From contig JAUFOQ010000016.1 in assembly GCA_040285855.1 (NCBI GenBank), positions 620,001 to 684,000 on the forward strand: a stretch of DNA of 64,000 nt, given 5' to 3'. A model generated the notes under the pieces. The model was not told where the DNA came from and did not search any database. It saw only the letters and a program-made list of their open reading frames with translations. Origin of the DNA: Eukaryota sp. GEM-RC1 (taxonomy: Eukaryota). This document shows, piece after piece, positions 24,209-36,494 of this stretch; the first letter of the stretch is position 1, and every line of letters starts with the position of its first letter. Position numbers and translations under genes: made by a program.

Positions 24209-24464
24209 TGGACCTGTCCTCGACTCGACTTGAGATTGATTTGAGTCAACTCAATTCGTCTTTGAATGTTTTCAGTCGAAACGACTGAGTTCGACTTCTA
24301 AGTCACATTTGGAGTGTTGTTATCTCAATTTCCATTATTAGCTACAAAAGTAACTGACAATAGTCATAAAGTGGTTTAATTTAAATGGTATTTAATAAAT
24401 GCTTTGCTCAACTCACGAAGCGGAGTTGACTTAGTCTACTATTTCAGTCGGTTGCACAGGTCTA
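24209..24464. mobile_element. Older hAT-type MITE (256 bp)
   Basis: TIR TGGACCTGTCC / GCACAGGTCTA (2 mismatches). TSD TTGATAAC / TTAACAAC (6/8). Many GACT/AGTC repeats. Confidence 0.6.
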
Positions 24465-24657
24465 TTAACAACTCACATGGTCATCATTAAGGATAATCTA
24501 AGTTTCTTTTTGATAAACCATCTTGTGAACTAATGGACTGTCTACAACATATGAAATCTGAAGTTTTAACGACTCGGATAACACATCCTATTGTCAGAGG
24601 GGATGAAATTATAGGGATTTAGTTCAACTAGTAGCTTGTTACACATCCATATTTGTT

Positions 24658-27217
24658 TCAAACTCGTCTTGACTCCAACAATACTGCTTGTCTTGATCTA
24701 CATATACATGAGCGTTTACGTTGGATCTGCTCGACTTTTTTCCATTCGAATAGAGCTGTGGCTGAGTTTGGAACGACGTCTTTCAAGTTCAACACCCATC
24801 CACTTTTAAACTTGTTGACCGTAGGGTTCAGTGGAGTTTCTGGTTGTGCAATATCAAACTTGCCATTCAAGGAAATTAAAAGAGACATTTGAGTGTAACT
24901 CTTAATCAATTGATCACAACATCTTCCAAATCAGAAAGTGTAGATTGACCAGTTTTGATCTCGATTTTCAATATACCAAGGTAATTGTCACCTCTGATAT
25001 TACTAATAGCGGTATAAACATCAGCAACACTAGGAAAACCACGTCCTTTTGATGTTTAATGATTGGAACAAGGAAATCAAACGAAGAATTTGAATGAGGC
25101 ATCTGAAACGCGACTCTGTAAACAAGACCAAACAGCAACATTCTTTCAATAACATGTGGTTGTTCATTCTTGATGCGAGTGACGTTCAACGTACGAAGAG
25201 TAACAGGTTGAAGAATAGAAACATACCATTCACGAAGATCTATTTGTTCAGTCCCAGCTTTAGCTTCAAAGTTGGGACAATAATGAAAGACATAAGAACT
25301 GCTTGGGTCTTGTGGTTCATCACTTGTACCAGGGGGGAACTAAATCGTGGCGATCCCACTTCTTTGAAAACACATCATACAAAGAGCAGAACTCCAGGTT
25401 TGCCACTGTAGTATCAGTTGGTAAAGTAATGCATTTCCGCATAATAGAATTGAAAATTGTAAAGATCATGAGTTCCAGTCGTTCACCTAAGAGATTGACA
25501 TCCAAGCCGTCAAGCATCAATCCGATGAGCTCACTGATAATCCTGTCAAGATCGAAAATTGTCAAACTTACCACTCTCTTCCATAGTGATGACGTCAAAA
25601 TTGGGTCGACAGAGAAGCTACAAAACTGATGAAGACCATGAGATACTATTGACTGCTGTAACACGGGGAAGGAAAACTTGATCAAGTGGGAAATAACGGG
25701 GCTTTGGAGAGAAGAACCAAAGAAGCAGAGAGTTAGTACATATGCTTCGAGAAGAGAAAACTCACCTTCACCTTCAGCATACTCCCTTAGACAAAAGTCA
25801 ATCTTGAGGTCAACGGCGACATAGAAGTCGTTCGAGAGGCCAGACTCCGATATTAAGGGTTTTGCGATGGACAACCAGCAAGGACGACGGGAAAGTGCAT
25901 TCTGGTAACTCAACAATGGAGAAAAACAGTTTTCGTAGAAGTGTACGGAACTATCGTGACTCAGCAAAGCTCGGATGTCTAACTGCTGATATACATTTAC
26001 AAATGGGTGAATGGTTTTTGCAGATTGTAGTTGCAGTACGTTGAATTTGGATGATGGTAGCAGGATGTAGCTAAGAACAGTAACAGGATCATGAACTAGT
26101 GATTGAAGACCAGGATGAGTTCCTGCCACTACAACCAGAAGTCTACATTTCTTAACATTTAACCGTATGTATAGGTTTCGAGCAGCGTATCTTAAGCATC
26201 GGTACAGATTCCATGGGTGCACTCTAAAATCATTTAAGGTCACAATATCTCCAGAATTAAGGAAGTGATCGACTCCGTCATAAGACAAGAGGGTTCCTAC
26301 TTCGTCAAGGCAAGCGACGAATCTTTTTGTTCCTTCATGAACCCCTGAGAGTAGTTCATGTATCAGTAAATCTGTAAAGTCTTGCAATTTTTGGATACCG
26401 TTAACAGCATTGTATAGGTCTTCAGCTTTCTGTACCCACTTGTTATGGAAACCTTGCCAATCTAATACACTGGATGACTGAAGATTCTTTAGAACATCAT
26501 CAGCTAACAGCAATGCAACTACAAGACACTGTATGTTTCTAACAACCAGCTCAATACGTTGCTCTCTCAAATGAAGCGGGGATGTAGCAAGTGACGTACA
26601 TCTTGTAAAAAACTGAAGCACAGCATGGGAACTCGGGGGTACTGAGGGCATTTCTTTTTGGCAGAAGATGAATAGCGGGGAAAGCTAGCATATCTACAAC
26701 GCAAATCTGATGCATTTGTAGAATTGTTGGTGTACTTCAGCAATAATCGGCTCTTTCCCAATCCGGTGGAGTTGATGACTGACAAAACTGGAGAGTGGTA
26801 GCGCTCCTTTAGCTTGCTGTTATGTAATAGAGCGGCAACTTCGTTAGTAAATGCGAAAATGATGTCAGTAGAGCCATAAGGATAGGAGATAAGTGGATCT
26901 AGACTTTGTTGAACCACGGTAAGATCAGGTTTGTGGATGTGGATGGTGAAGGTCCGACTATGTTCAGTATCAAGAGTCTTGACTTGAATCTCATCATCAA
27001 GAACTTCCACTACAACAGGGAAGTTAATTTTTGTGTTCATAAATGCTTGATATGCACGTGAAGCCGTCAAGAACGAGGCAATCTACGGTATCTCCTGTTG
27101 AACGTAAACTGTCATGTGGAACTCAACAGAGGATGTGACCTCCTTAAGAGCATTGACAAAGTCATCCCATTGATCAACATAGTTGATGATGTAATGGACA
27201 TCCAGCTCAGAAGACAT
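24658..27217 (-). pseudogene. P-loop ATPase + putative PD-(D/E)xK nuclease (Crinkler/RHS-type architecture), disrupted
   Basis: Walker A SVINSTGLGKSRL, Walker B FVACLDEVG, downstream RVAFQMPHSNSSFDFLVPI. In-frame TAG near 27083, plus further stops and shifts. Confidence 0.55.
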
Positions 27218-27879
27218 TGAAAAAACATGTCGTCTGATTGCAGTTCTCATTTTCGCTGTAAACCCTTTAGAGTGTAGTTTACTCTACTGTAATCTCATTT
27301 ACTGTCGAGTCTTAGATTTCATCACAACAATAGAGTGCAATTATAATTGAAATTTGATATCTGGAACAGCTCAGAATCGAGATTTTTGTTCGAGTTATAG
27401 GGAGGCGAGTTTATATCCCAACAACTGCCCAAATTTACATTAAAAGGCATGTTCATCCAGCAAGTAGATACAGCATTGAATTTTTTCATCAGTGTTGGTT
27501 ATATTATTATAGTAGTTTTCGTCAAAACGATCTATCGATATGTACGAAGAGCCTTTCTGGTACAATTTTGATAGCTCTCTTATCAATTGCAGTAAAGAAG
27601 GAAACTGTCCACATTCAACATCAATATCAATAACATTCAGAAAACTGGTCACAAAATCAAAAATGTTGTCATCATACCACTTTTTAAACATGTCAAATTA
27701 TGTAACGTTGACGATTAAGTCGTGTACCAGTTGCTCATTTACTTCAGCGAAAGTTTCCACATGGTGTCGCTTAAAGAGCTGTTTACAAATTGGTACTCCT
27801 AGTGGATCTTCTGGATCTATTTTTCAAAAAGGGTCCCAAAAAGGTATCCTTTCTACAAAAATATGAATTTGTAAGCAAA

Positions 27880-28830
27880 CAAACAATACCAAAATTAAAG
27901 ATTTCATCCTCATTCGTTAAAAGAATCCTCTATTCAACATTAACCGTCACATCACACTAGTAAAGTTTCTCAACTAAACTTGAGAAATAGAAAGATATAT
28001 TTAGATAAACATAAACTAGAAGCACAATACGGTTTTTTCGTTCAGACATTCTAAACGTACGCTTCTTGTCTTTACACAATTCTTCAAAATCCTTGACGAA
28101 TTGTTCACCTGCGCGACTTATCGATGAAGCAGCAAAAGGTTGGAACACAAATTTGGAATATGATTTTCTATTTAACTCCTATACTTTGGGCCACACTTGC
28201 AATGCTTGACCTTTTCAGCAACTATTAACGGTTTATGAGTAGTGTATAATATTTGATCTCTGAGCTCTTGGTCATTCCACTTTCACTCACGAGACTACAA
28301 ACACACCCCTCATACGCATAGCTTGGAACAAACAGGATCCCATTGGTCCTAAATCTGTGGTCTGTTGGTTGTAGTAACTTAGTAAATTAGTATTATAAGA
28401 TAGTAATTATTCATACTGTAACGACTCGTTACAGTATGAATAATACTACATTGTAATTGTGCAAGCACATTGTAGTACAACAAGTAACATTTTTGTAATG
28501 TGAATTTTGAACAACTTAAGTGACTAATCGACAGTGGAGTGAATATACTTCCCATTTAGGCGCTTGGTCAAATCATGTGGTAAAATCCATTCATGTTTGA
28601 CTCGATTTAAGCTACGGAGTATGGACATGTCGGGAGTTTTACTATATCCTCTGTTAGTACTGATGGTATTGTCCATTTGTAGAGATAGATCAATGGTGCC
28701 TTTTGAAAGGGCCAAAACAACTAAAAGAGATGACAACAAACCAACTCTCATTATAAGTAATCACATAAGACAACACAAACCGGCTTGTCTTGAAAAATGT
28801 ACATATCGTGAAACAACAGAACGAAATGAT
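27880..28830 (-). mobile_element. Degenerate RLE-type non-LTR retrotransposon, interrupted
   Basis: 27950-28230 and 28575-28630 are DNA-similar to 31440-31823. Peptide FQPFAASSISRAGEQFVKDFEELCK. Confidence 0.65.
28406..28444. repeat. Perfect palindrome, 19-bp arms with 1-nt spacer
   Basis: ATTATTCATACTGTAACGA-C-TCGTTACAGTATGAATAAT. Confidence 0.9.
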
Positions 28831-29023
28831 CAACTCGAATTATAAAGGCAATCCTGTATAATTGACCCTATTGTATACAATGTACTGATTGGAGCGTAAT
28901 ATGTTAAGGAAGTTTCTGTTAATATTGATGATATTTTGTATTTGTAATTGTAAATAGAAGGCGTGTGAAACTTTTACACAGCAGTTTCTTTCACATACAT
29001 ATACATATACATATACATAGTGT

Positions 29024-29686
29024 ATGCACTCTTCCAATCCCCTCAACCATACTACTTCTCCGATAACTACTGGAACTGCCGTACTTGCAGTCAAATTCAG
29101 TGGTGGTGTACTTATTGCTTGTGATACTCTTGCATCATATGGATCTCTTGCTCGCTTTCCTTCAGTAGAACGCCTCAGATCTCTTGGCAACAGGACACTT
29201 ATTGCTGCCTCAGGTGACTACAGTGATTTCCAAGTAATGATGGATCATCTAAATGAACAACTGCGAGAAGAAAACTCTCTTGATGATGGTTATGTCCGAT
29301 CTCCTTCAGAATACCATCAACTTATAGCCAGAATTCTCTATAACAAACGATCGAAAATGGATCCTTGGTGGCTCCAATGCTTAATTGCAGGTAGTCTCAA
29401 TGGAGAATCTTTTCTAGGTCTGGCTGATCTGAGAGGAACTCACTTCTGTGACGACTTCCTCGCTACTGGTTATGGATCCTACCTCGCTACTCCTCTCTTC
29501 AGAAAGTACTGGAGACCAGATCTCTCACTAGAAGATGCTAGGGCTCTTATAACTGAAGCAGTTAAGGTCTTGGTTGCTAGAGATGGCAGAACTCACCCTC
29601 GTTGGCAGTTTGGAATCGTCACTGATAGAGATATAACTATTGAACCAGCATCTGAACTGGAGATCAGTTGGGCAATTGCTTCGTAA
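29024..29686 (+). CDS. PSMB4: 20S proteasome subunit beta-7 (PSMB4/Pre4)
   Basis: HTTSPITTGTAVLAVKF, DTLASYGSLARF, SGDYSDFQ, LYNKRSKMDPWW, ATGYGSYLATP. Confidence 0.95.
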   Translation: MHSSNPLNHTTSPITTGTAVLAVKFSGGVLIACDTLASYGSLARFPSVERLRSLGNRTLIAASGDYSDFQVMMDHLNEQLREENSLDDGYVRSPSEYHQLIARILYNKRSKMDPWWLQCLIAGSLNGESFLGLADLRGTHFCDDFLATGYGSYLATPLFRKYWRPDLSLEDARALITEAVKVLVARDGRTHPRWQFGIVTDRDITIEPASELEISWAIAS

Positions 29687-30237
29687 TGAATTGTATAGTT
29701 TTCAAAAGACATAAAATCTTTTTCTGTGTTTTGATTACTCTACATTTAGCGTAGCCCAGAACAGTCATACCGTGAAACAAATTGATGTAGTCACTGGTTG
29801 AAGTTTCGACCATCAGTTTTTCATTTATCTTCATCAGGTTCATATTCAGTAAACGGGTGATGAAATTTGATCTTTGATACAATATAATCTTGTTTAAGGG
29901 TTTGCAATGCCAATTATGACCAAATTCTCAGTGACTTGGCGAAGGTTACTCTTGTAGGTTTAAACGTATGTTAATAAGGTGATCCCACTCGAATCAGCCA
30001 CAGTTTCAAGCTGTAATTCAAGTATTAGTCTGGATCAGACTGATTGTCGGACTACTTTAGCACCGTGTGTTTTGTATAAACTTCTACAGATGTCCTGCTA
30101 GCGGTGTTTCCAAAAACACATTGCGTACCAGATTTCAACAAAAGTGTGACTATTGATTCAAAAACCAGCATGGATGAAATAACAGTATGTCGATCAGACA
30201 ATCGATTACTACCATACAATTTCAATTTGTATTCCAA

Positions 30238-30954
30238 TCAGCAACAAGCCCAACCAAAACTAAAAATATCTTTACAATTTGGACATTGTTGAAGCTGCCC
30301 AGAACCCATGTCACCAAACATTATGTCCACGTTCTGATTACTTTCGATGTGAAAAACGTGTCTCTTTTGGGTACCACACTTCTTGCACTTAGAATATTCT
30401 GGACCCTGACACCACGCTGGTGATCTACTGTTAGAAGTAACGGTAGTAACAAACCCCATCAATTTATCTTTAGGAACAGTAGATTGAAAGATTATATCAT
30501 CCACCATATCCACAAAAGGATCATCCTTATATTTCTCGTAAGAAAACTCATCGCGATCGTATTCTGTAAAGGGTTCCCATTCAGTGATGAACTTTTCTTC
30601 ATATAGCTCTCCACAACCTCCCTCATCAGCGACGTACTCACCAACAGGTTTAAAGTAACGACAGGGGCTTCCTATAGCATCATGTTCAAAAGAGGATTCA
30701 GGAGAATAGAATAGTTGGATATAACCAGTGTCTAAGCCCAAATATTCCTTGGCTTCCTCTGGTAAAGTATCAACATGGAGTTGCAATAGAAGAGGGAATC
30801 CCGGATCCTTATGGTCTTCATCTGTAAAAGGTTTTCCTCCAAACTTTGAGGAAGTAATGTCACCTTCAGTACCAATGACTGGTAAAAATCCTATACGCTT
30901 GAGTTCAGGAGGCATTTCGAAGCCGATTTCTTCCAGTGCGTCATTAGAAGACAT
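30238..30954 (-). CDS. YwqG/DUF1963-like protein, copy 1, with 30-nt intron 30425-30454
   Basis: SSKFGGKP, LLLQL, IQLFY, KLMG^SPAWCQ, CKKCG, MFGDMGSGQL, terminal WACC. Confidence 0.85.
   Translation of the reverse strand: MSSNDALEEIGFEMPPELKRIGFLPVIGTEGDITSSKFGGKPFTDEDHKDPGFPLLLQLHVDTLPEEAKEYLGLDTGYIQLFYSPESSFEHDAIGSPCRYFKPVGEYVADEGGCGELYEEKFITEWEPFTEYDRDEFSYEKYKDDPFVDMVDDIIFQSTVPKDKLMGFVTTVTSNSRSPAWCQGPEYSKCKKCGTQKRHVFHIESNQNVDIMFGDMGSGQLQQCPNCKDIFSFGWACC
30425..30454 (-). other. 30-nt spliceosomal intron (in-frame, stop-free)
   Basis: GTTTGTTACTACCGTTACTTCTAACAGTAG. Removal restores KLMGSPAWCQ. Confidence 0.8.
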
Positions 30955-31379
30955 TGAAATGAATTCTTGATTGGAAATTGATGACTCTCAATGCTGATTC
31001 GTACAATTCGTCGTTGTGTTCTCCAATGTTTAGTTGATTTCACAAGAACGTTCACTAGCGGCCTTTATTTCTGTAATTGTTCAAGAGGTAGACAACCGAA
31101 ATTGTTGTGTGCAAGCTCCATCATTATTTAAATACTACCACTGTAACATTAACATCATTCAAGGAATTTACACCACGATGAGCAAATTTGTATTATAATA
31201 CAGTATGTGCAATCTGGCAAAACCTGTTTTAATTAAGAAATTTTTAGTTGAAGACAAACAATGCAAACACTTCTAATGAATAAAGTGTGATTCAGTTCAC
31301 TTGTCATCTTTTCAGAAAGATAACATAGAGGTGGATTGTATACTATAGTGACAAACTATGAAATTGTAAAAACAAACAA

Positions 31380-31823
31380 ATAATACTAAGATTAAATCCG
31401 AACGACTTCATCACCACCCGGTAAAAGATTACGTTTATCAACATTAACTTGTACAATTTCCCAATTAATCTAGAGAAATAGAAAGGCATATTCTGATATA
31501 TGGAAAACACAGCCATTCTAAACGTAACTTACCCATCTTTGCTTTACACAATTCTTCGAAATCCTTGAAAAATTGATCTCCAGCAGGACTAATAGATCCA
31601 AAAAGAGAAACAACAAAAGGTTGAAATACAAATTTGGAGTATCAGTTTCTATTTAATTCTTCTACTTGAGAGTCATACTTGGAGTGTTTGAGCTTTTCAG
31701 CAGCTGTTAACGGATTAAAAGAAGAATCTAATATCCTACTAACACAAGATTTGTTACAAACATATACTGTAGTAAAATCCATTAATGATTGACTCGATTT
31801 AAGCCACGGAGTATGGAGATCTC
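31380..31823 (-). mobile_element. 5'-truncated RLE-type non-LTR retrotransposon
   Basis: DLHTPWLKSSQSLMDFTTV...AAEKLKHSKY...FVFQPFVVSLFGSISPAG...KDFEELCK, with one internal TGA. Confidence 0.75.
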
Positions 31824-31928
31824 AAATATCTAGATATCGATATACGAATGATATAATAAGTAGATGAATGTCCATCCGACTTATTGGGATATAGAAATGG
31901 AATAATTTAAAATAACTACATACATTGT

Positions 31929-32564
31929 CAGGGCTCCTCACAAATAAATATAAATTCTATTTATTTCTATTTATATTTATTTTTGAGCCTTTTGGCAATC
32001 ATGCAAATAAAACAAAATATAACAAAATATAAATAAATATAAATAAAATGTCGGAAAGTAAACTTCATTGATCTATATAATACATCGGTTAATTTCGTGC
32101 TCAAGGTTGTTGATTGACTTGAAACATGATGTGTGAAATACTCAAGCTCAGCCCAGAATCAAAGTCAAGACATTTTTCCTCACAGTTTGCCATTGTAATG
32201 TCGAACCTAACCGACACAGACGAGCCTTTTCCTGTGTTCTAAGCCAATCCCACAACTATATCCGGGCATATGATCAATGAACGATTCTCATGGTCGTCAA
32301 CGATGCTGAATATTGAAATAATGTTGAAGACCCACAGGTGGTGGCGACACAGTCAGAGCACTTATACGAAGCAGAAAGTCAACTAACCATTTTCGACAAG
32401 AAAGGGATGATCAAATGGATTGTGTAATCATTGATAGTGACCGAGACAAACTGTACTAATAAAATATTTTGTTTTTATTTGGGTTTTATTTTGTTTTAAT
32501 TATATTTATTTCACATTTATTTTTGGCACTTTTTAATGTTCAAATTATTTTATGAGAGGGCCTG
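31929..32564. mobile_element. Non-autonomous hAT-type element (636 bp)
   Basis: TIR CAGGGCTCCTCACAAA / TTTATGAGAGGGCCTG. Perfect TSD TACATTGT at 31921-31928 and 32565-32572. AAATA/TATTT subterminal arrays. Confidence 0.85.
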
Positions 32565-32650
32565 TACATTGTAGTTTAGGCAGGGGATAGTACTTGTGAC
32601 AATGAATGATCATTCAGACAAAAATTAAATATTATTAAAAAACATTCCAA

Positions 32651-33355
32651 TCAGCAACAAGCCCAGCCAAAACTAAAAACATCTTTACAATTTGGACATT
32701 GTTGAAGCTGCCCAGAACCCATGTCACCAAACATTATGTCCACGTTCTGATTACTTTCGATGTGAAAAACGTGTCTCTTTTGGATACCACACTTCTTACA
32801 CTTAGAATACTCTGGACCCTGACACCACGCTGGTGCTCTACTGTTAGAAGTAATGGTAGTAACAAACCCCATCAATTTATCTTTAAAGACGGAAGAACGA
32901 TGGATCATGTCAATAATTGTATCGATCTGGTTAAACGAGAAGCCCTGGTTCGTGTATTTCTCCAAAGGAAAGTCATCACCATCATATTCTGTAAAGGGTT
33001 CCCATTCAGTGATGAACTTTTCTTCATATAGCTCTCCACAACCTCCCTCGTGATCGACGTACTCACCAACAGGTTTAAAGTAACGACATGGGCTTCCTAT
33101 AGCATCATGTTCAAAAGAGGATTCTCGAGAATAGAACAGTTGGATATAACCAGTGTCTAAACCCAAATATTCCTTGGCTTCCTCTGGTAAAGTATCAACA
33201 TGAAGTTGCAATAGAAGAGGGAATCCCGGATCTTTGTGGTCTTCATCTGTGAAAGGTTTTCCTCCAAACTTTGAGGAAGTTATGTCACCTTCAGTACCAA
33301 TGACTGGTAAAAATCCTATACGCTTGAGTTCAGGGGGGAATTTCGAAGTCAACAT
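32651..33355 (-). CDS. YwqG/DUF1963-like protein, copy 2, with 30-nt intron 32838-32867
   Basis: Near-identical paralog of 30238..30954, differing at the N-terminus and in one acidic loop. ATG at 33355. Confidence 0.85.
   Translation of the reverse strand: MLTSKFPPELKRIGFLPVIGTEGDITSSKFGGKPFTDEDHKDPGFPLLLQLHVDTLPEEAKEYLGLDTGYIQLFYSRESSFEHDAIGSPCRYFKPVGEYVDHEGGCGELYEEKFITEWEPFTEYDGDDFPLEKYTNQGFSFNQIDTIIDMIHRSSVFKDKLMGFVTTITSNSRAPAWCQGPEYSKCKKCGIQKRHVFHIESNQNVDIMFGDMGSGQLQQCPNCKDVFSFGWACC
32838..32867 (-). other. 30-nt spliceosomal intron
   Basis: GTTTGTTACTACCATTACTTCTAACAGTAG. Removal gives KLMGAPAWCQ. Confidence 0.8.
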
Positions 33356-33914
33356 TGGAGGACATTGAAACAGTTTGATCAAAAATGATATCACTCCTTG
33401 CGATGTCGTTTTGGACTGAGCTTTTGGTGGTTACTATACTTCTGAATTGTAGAATTTGGTTAACATTGTGTGAAAAAACTGTCTATTTAGATTTTTCTAG
33501 TTGATTAGTGGAATTTATATGGAAACTCTGAATATACCTGATCAATACAAGAGCAACGCTTGACGTCTCTAAGCCAATCTAGTAAAAAGATAAGTATCAA
33601 ATACACGATCGAATGTAATCAACAGCTACATTAAAATCATGGCAAACCAAAATACCCGATGTGTGTGAAGAAATACATCATTAGCTAATATTCATCACCA
33701 CCATAAAATGACTCAGTGAAGGTTTCTATATTAACCAGCCTCTAACTAAACCTTTAGAAATTCGACACGTGATAACGAACTGACTGTTGACTCAATCATA
33801 CTCTCATTTTCAGAAATTGAAACACGGAAACACATTGAACATACTCAGTGTTAACGTGACAAAAACAATCAAAATAAGACAAAATCCTCAAAGAGGACTA
33901 TCACTAACAACTGT

Positions 33915-35140
33915 TTACACCTGCAAATCATCCAACAACGACTTTCTAGATCTAGTATTAATCACATCAAGTAACCAATGTACATCTTGATCAACATTGG
34001 AAGGTCCAACAAGAGTAGAAATCTTATCAGGGGATTGCCAATAAGGAGTGGACTTACCACGACGACCTTGAGTCAAAGATCTCTTAGAAGCATTCCGTTG
34101 GTTAGGTTTTTTAGTACCAGATGCTAATGGTGTTAGTAAACTTTCTGGAGTAACGGGAACAAAAGAAACTTTGGGAAATGGTGATGTGAAAAACAGAGGG
34201 AAAAAAGTCAGCGTAGCAATGAATTACATCATTAAAGGAGGGCTTTAAAGGAAACCTATCAAGATAGGCTTCTAAATCAGCTTTTGATAGCAATTGTTCA
34301 TAATCACAATCATCCGCGAAGGAGAAGGGCTCATCATCATCTAAGTCTATCTCATCAACAATTGTTTGCTTTCTGGGTTTAACCTCCTTATACTTCACCC
34401 AAGCTTGTTCAATTATCTTGACTGCTTCAAACACTGTAAAAACTCTACCAGACATTTTTCCGGTAGAAATTTGTTCCTTGCGGTGTTTTGCTGAAGCTTC
34501 AGAAACACGTGTCACTGAATCTAAAACAAACTGAGAGTAGTCCCTTGTTTGGAATACTTTTGCCTGCTGAACTTCAGGAAGAGATGCATTAGGCGGTACA
34601 GGCGAAAGATCACTGAACACGTGGGTATTGATCCATTTATAAGGTCCAGTTTCCTGATTGTGATTGTGGGTACGTATGGATAGAAATGAGTGGATTTTAG
34701 ATTTGGTAAGAAGAACAGAAGAGACGTTAGAACGAATGAAGTCTCGTAGGTGTTGTTCTTTTAGATCAGAAAGGTGGGAGGTTAGGTTGTCAGAAAGTTC
34801 CTTGATTAGAATGGGCCTTGAACCTGCTTTTCCATAGGGTTGGAGGGTACCATCAGGGAGAAGACGATCAATGTAGTCCGAGACTTCCAGGGAGATTGTG
34901 GGACTTGATGGGAGATGGAGGGAGTGGAGTTGAGATGCGACTTCGAGCACGAGAAGCCTTGGTAATTCGTTTGATTGGTGACAGTGTGTTGAGATATCGT
35001 TCTTGTGCCTTTTGTAGATTGGCAATGTTTTGAGTACAAGTACGGATGCGTTGATCAAAACGTTTGAGACGTTTTCCTTCCTGCGTCACGTTAGTGCCAA
35101 GCCTAACGCTTTTTGAAGATGAAGTTTGTGTATCAGTCAT
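33915..35140 (-). CDS. Hypothetical protein, two frameshifts
   Basis: ORFs 34868..35140 and 34111..35058 plus a third open frame ending ...LLDDLQV* at 33915 join through 1-nt shifts. Confidence 0.55.
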
Positions 35141-35309
35141 AATGTTTTAGGCTATTGATGTGGCATAAGCATTCAGAAAAGTTCAACATTCTCAATTGCA
35201 ATTTGTCGTAAAAAAAAACATTCTCACCAGCTTTTAATAGAGCCAACCTGAGGTAAACAATCATCACAAACAGCTACAGTAAACGGTAAAATAAGTCGGG
35301 ATTTCAATT

Positions 35310-36060
35310 AGTCTGAAGCATTGTTCATGTCTCTGTGGTCGTTCAAAGGCTTCAAATTGTCACCATTTAGTTAACTGTCATCAGTATATTCATTGTCGAT
35401 CAAATATTCACAACAGTATCCGGGATACATGTTTGGATATGTTTATAGCTAATGGTTTTCATGGAAAAATTGAACCGTTACTTGAACCTTTACACGTGGG
35501 ACTATTGATCTCAGAATCAATAGGAGTGGCATAAGCCATTCTATACAATCAAATAACATTGCTAATCTTTCTGATCAGCCAAATGTTGAAAGAAGTCGTG
35601 GTGATTTGATTGGTCCTTGGTTATCTTGTCCGGAAATTATCATGGATTTCACAACTGTTGATCCTTGTAATTCAAGATCAATTTCCAAAAAATTTAATTA
35701 TGATTTTTCTGCTCTTGAAGTGGCTGAAAAAGGAAAGAATACAAAGTACTGGCACTTAACTAACCAATTGAATGTTGACAGGTACAATTCTTTTGTGTTT
35801 CAACCTTTTGCGATGTGGATATATGATAATATTGGACCAGCTGCACAAGGTTTTTAAACTTGCTTTAGTAAATTGTGTTCTGAGTACGGTAAAGTTTTCG
35901 ATGAAATTTTTTGCTTGAGTAGGTTAACGTTTGCGTTGTGTCGTTCAATGCATATATATTTTAATTCAATTTTAGGTAAGTTGTTCGGTGATGGACAGAA
36001 GGATCATAGTTTTGATACTTTAGTTAGTGTCTGTTAGTTATTAACTTCTGCAAATGTATT
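35310..36060 (+). mobile_element. 5'-truncated RLE-type (CRE/R2-like) non-LTR retrotransposon; best-preserved copy
   Basis: CLCG...HHLVNC zinc knuckle, RSNIHNSIRD, KIEPLL, RGDLIGPW...MDFTTVDPC, AEKGKNTKY, FQPFAMWIYDNIGPAA. Confidence 0.8.
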
Positions 36061-36494
36061 TATTTCACTGATTAATCATAAACCCCGTTTTTTTAGATAT
36101 CAATAATGAAAACTGTTCAATTATATGAAATTTATGCTGGATTTTGAACATCAGTAGAAGGTGGTGTGCCGAATTATTACTATTGAGTTAACATTAAATT
36201 TCCCATCACATAGTTCTCTATCTTAAATGGTTTCGCGAGAATTCGATCGGAACAGCCTCAGTTTCAAGAAAAAGAAGACGTTATTGAACTTGACGAACCT
36301 TGTTGAAGCCTGAGCTACAAGAAATCGTTGCAAACCATCAAGAAGAATTTAATGGTAGAAAACCTGATATTTAATCCAAAAGTGATGGAGATAGTGATGA
36401 TGAGTATGTTAGAGATGCGTAACGATGAAGAATTTGAGTGGAATGTTCTTTTCCAAAACGAAAATCCAGACTAATGTATATCATTACCTAATAG

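Noticed and set aside
28994..29019. (TACATA)n microsatellite before the proteasome ATG
   Set aside because: About four units only, with no evidence of function.
30238..30246. Terminal Cys-Cys-TGA of YwqG paralogs as a selenocysteine site
   Set aside because: The paralogs diverge within a few bases after TGA and no shared SECIS-like structure is evident.
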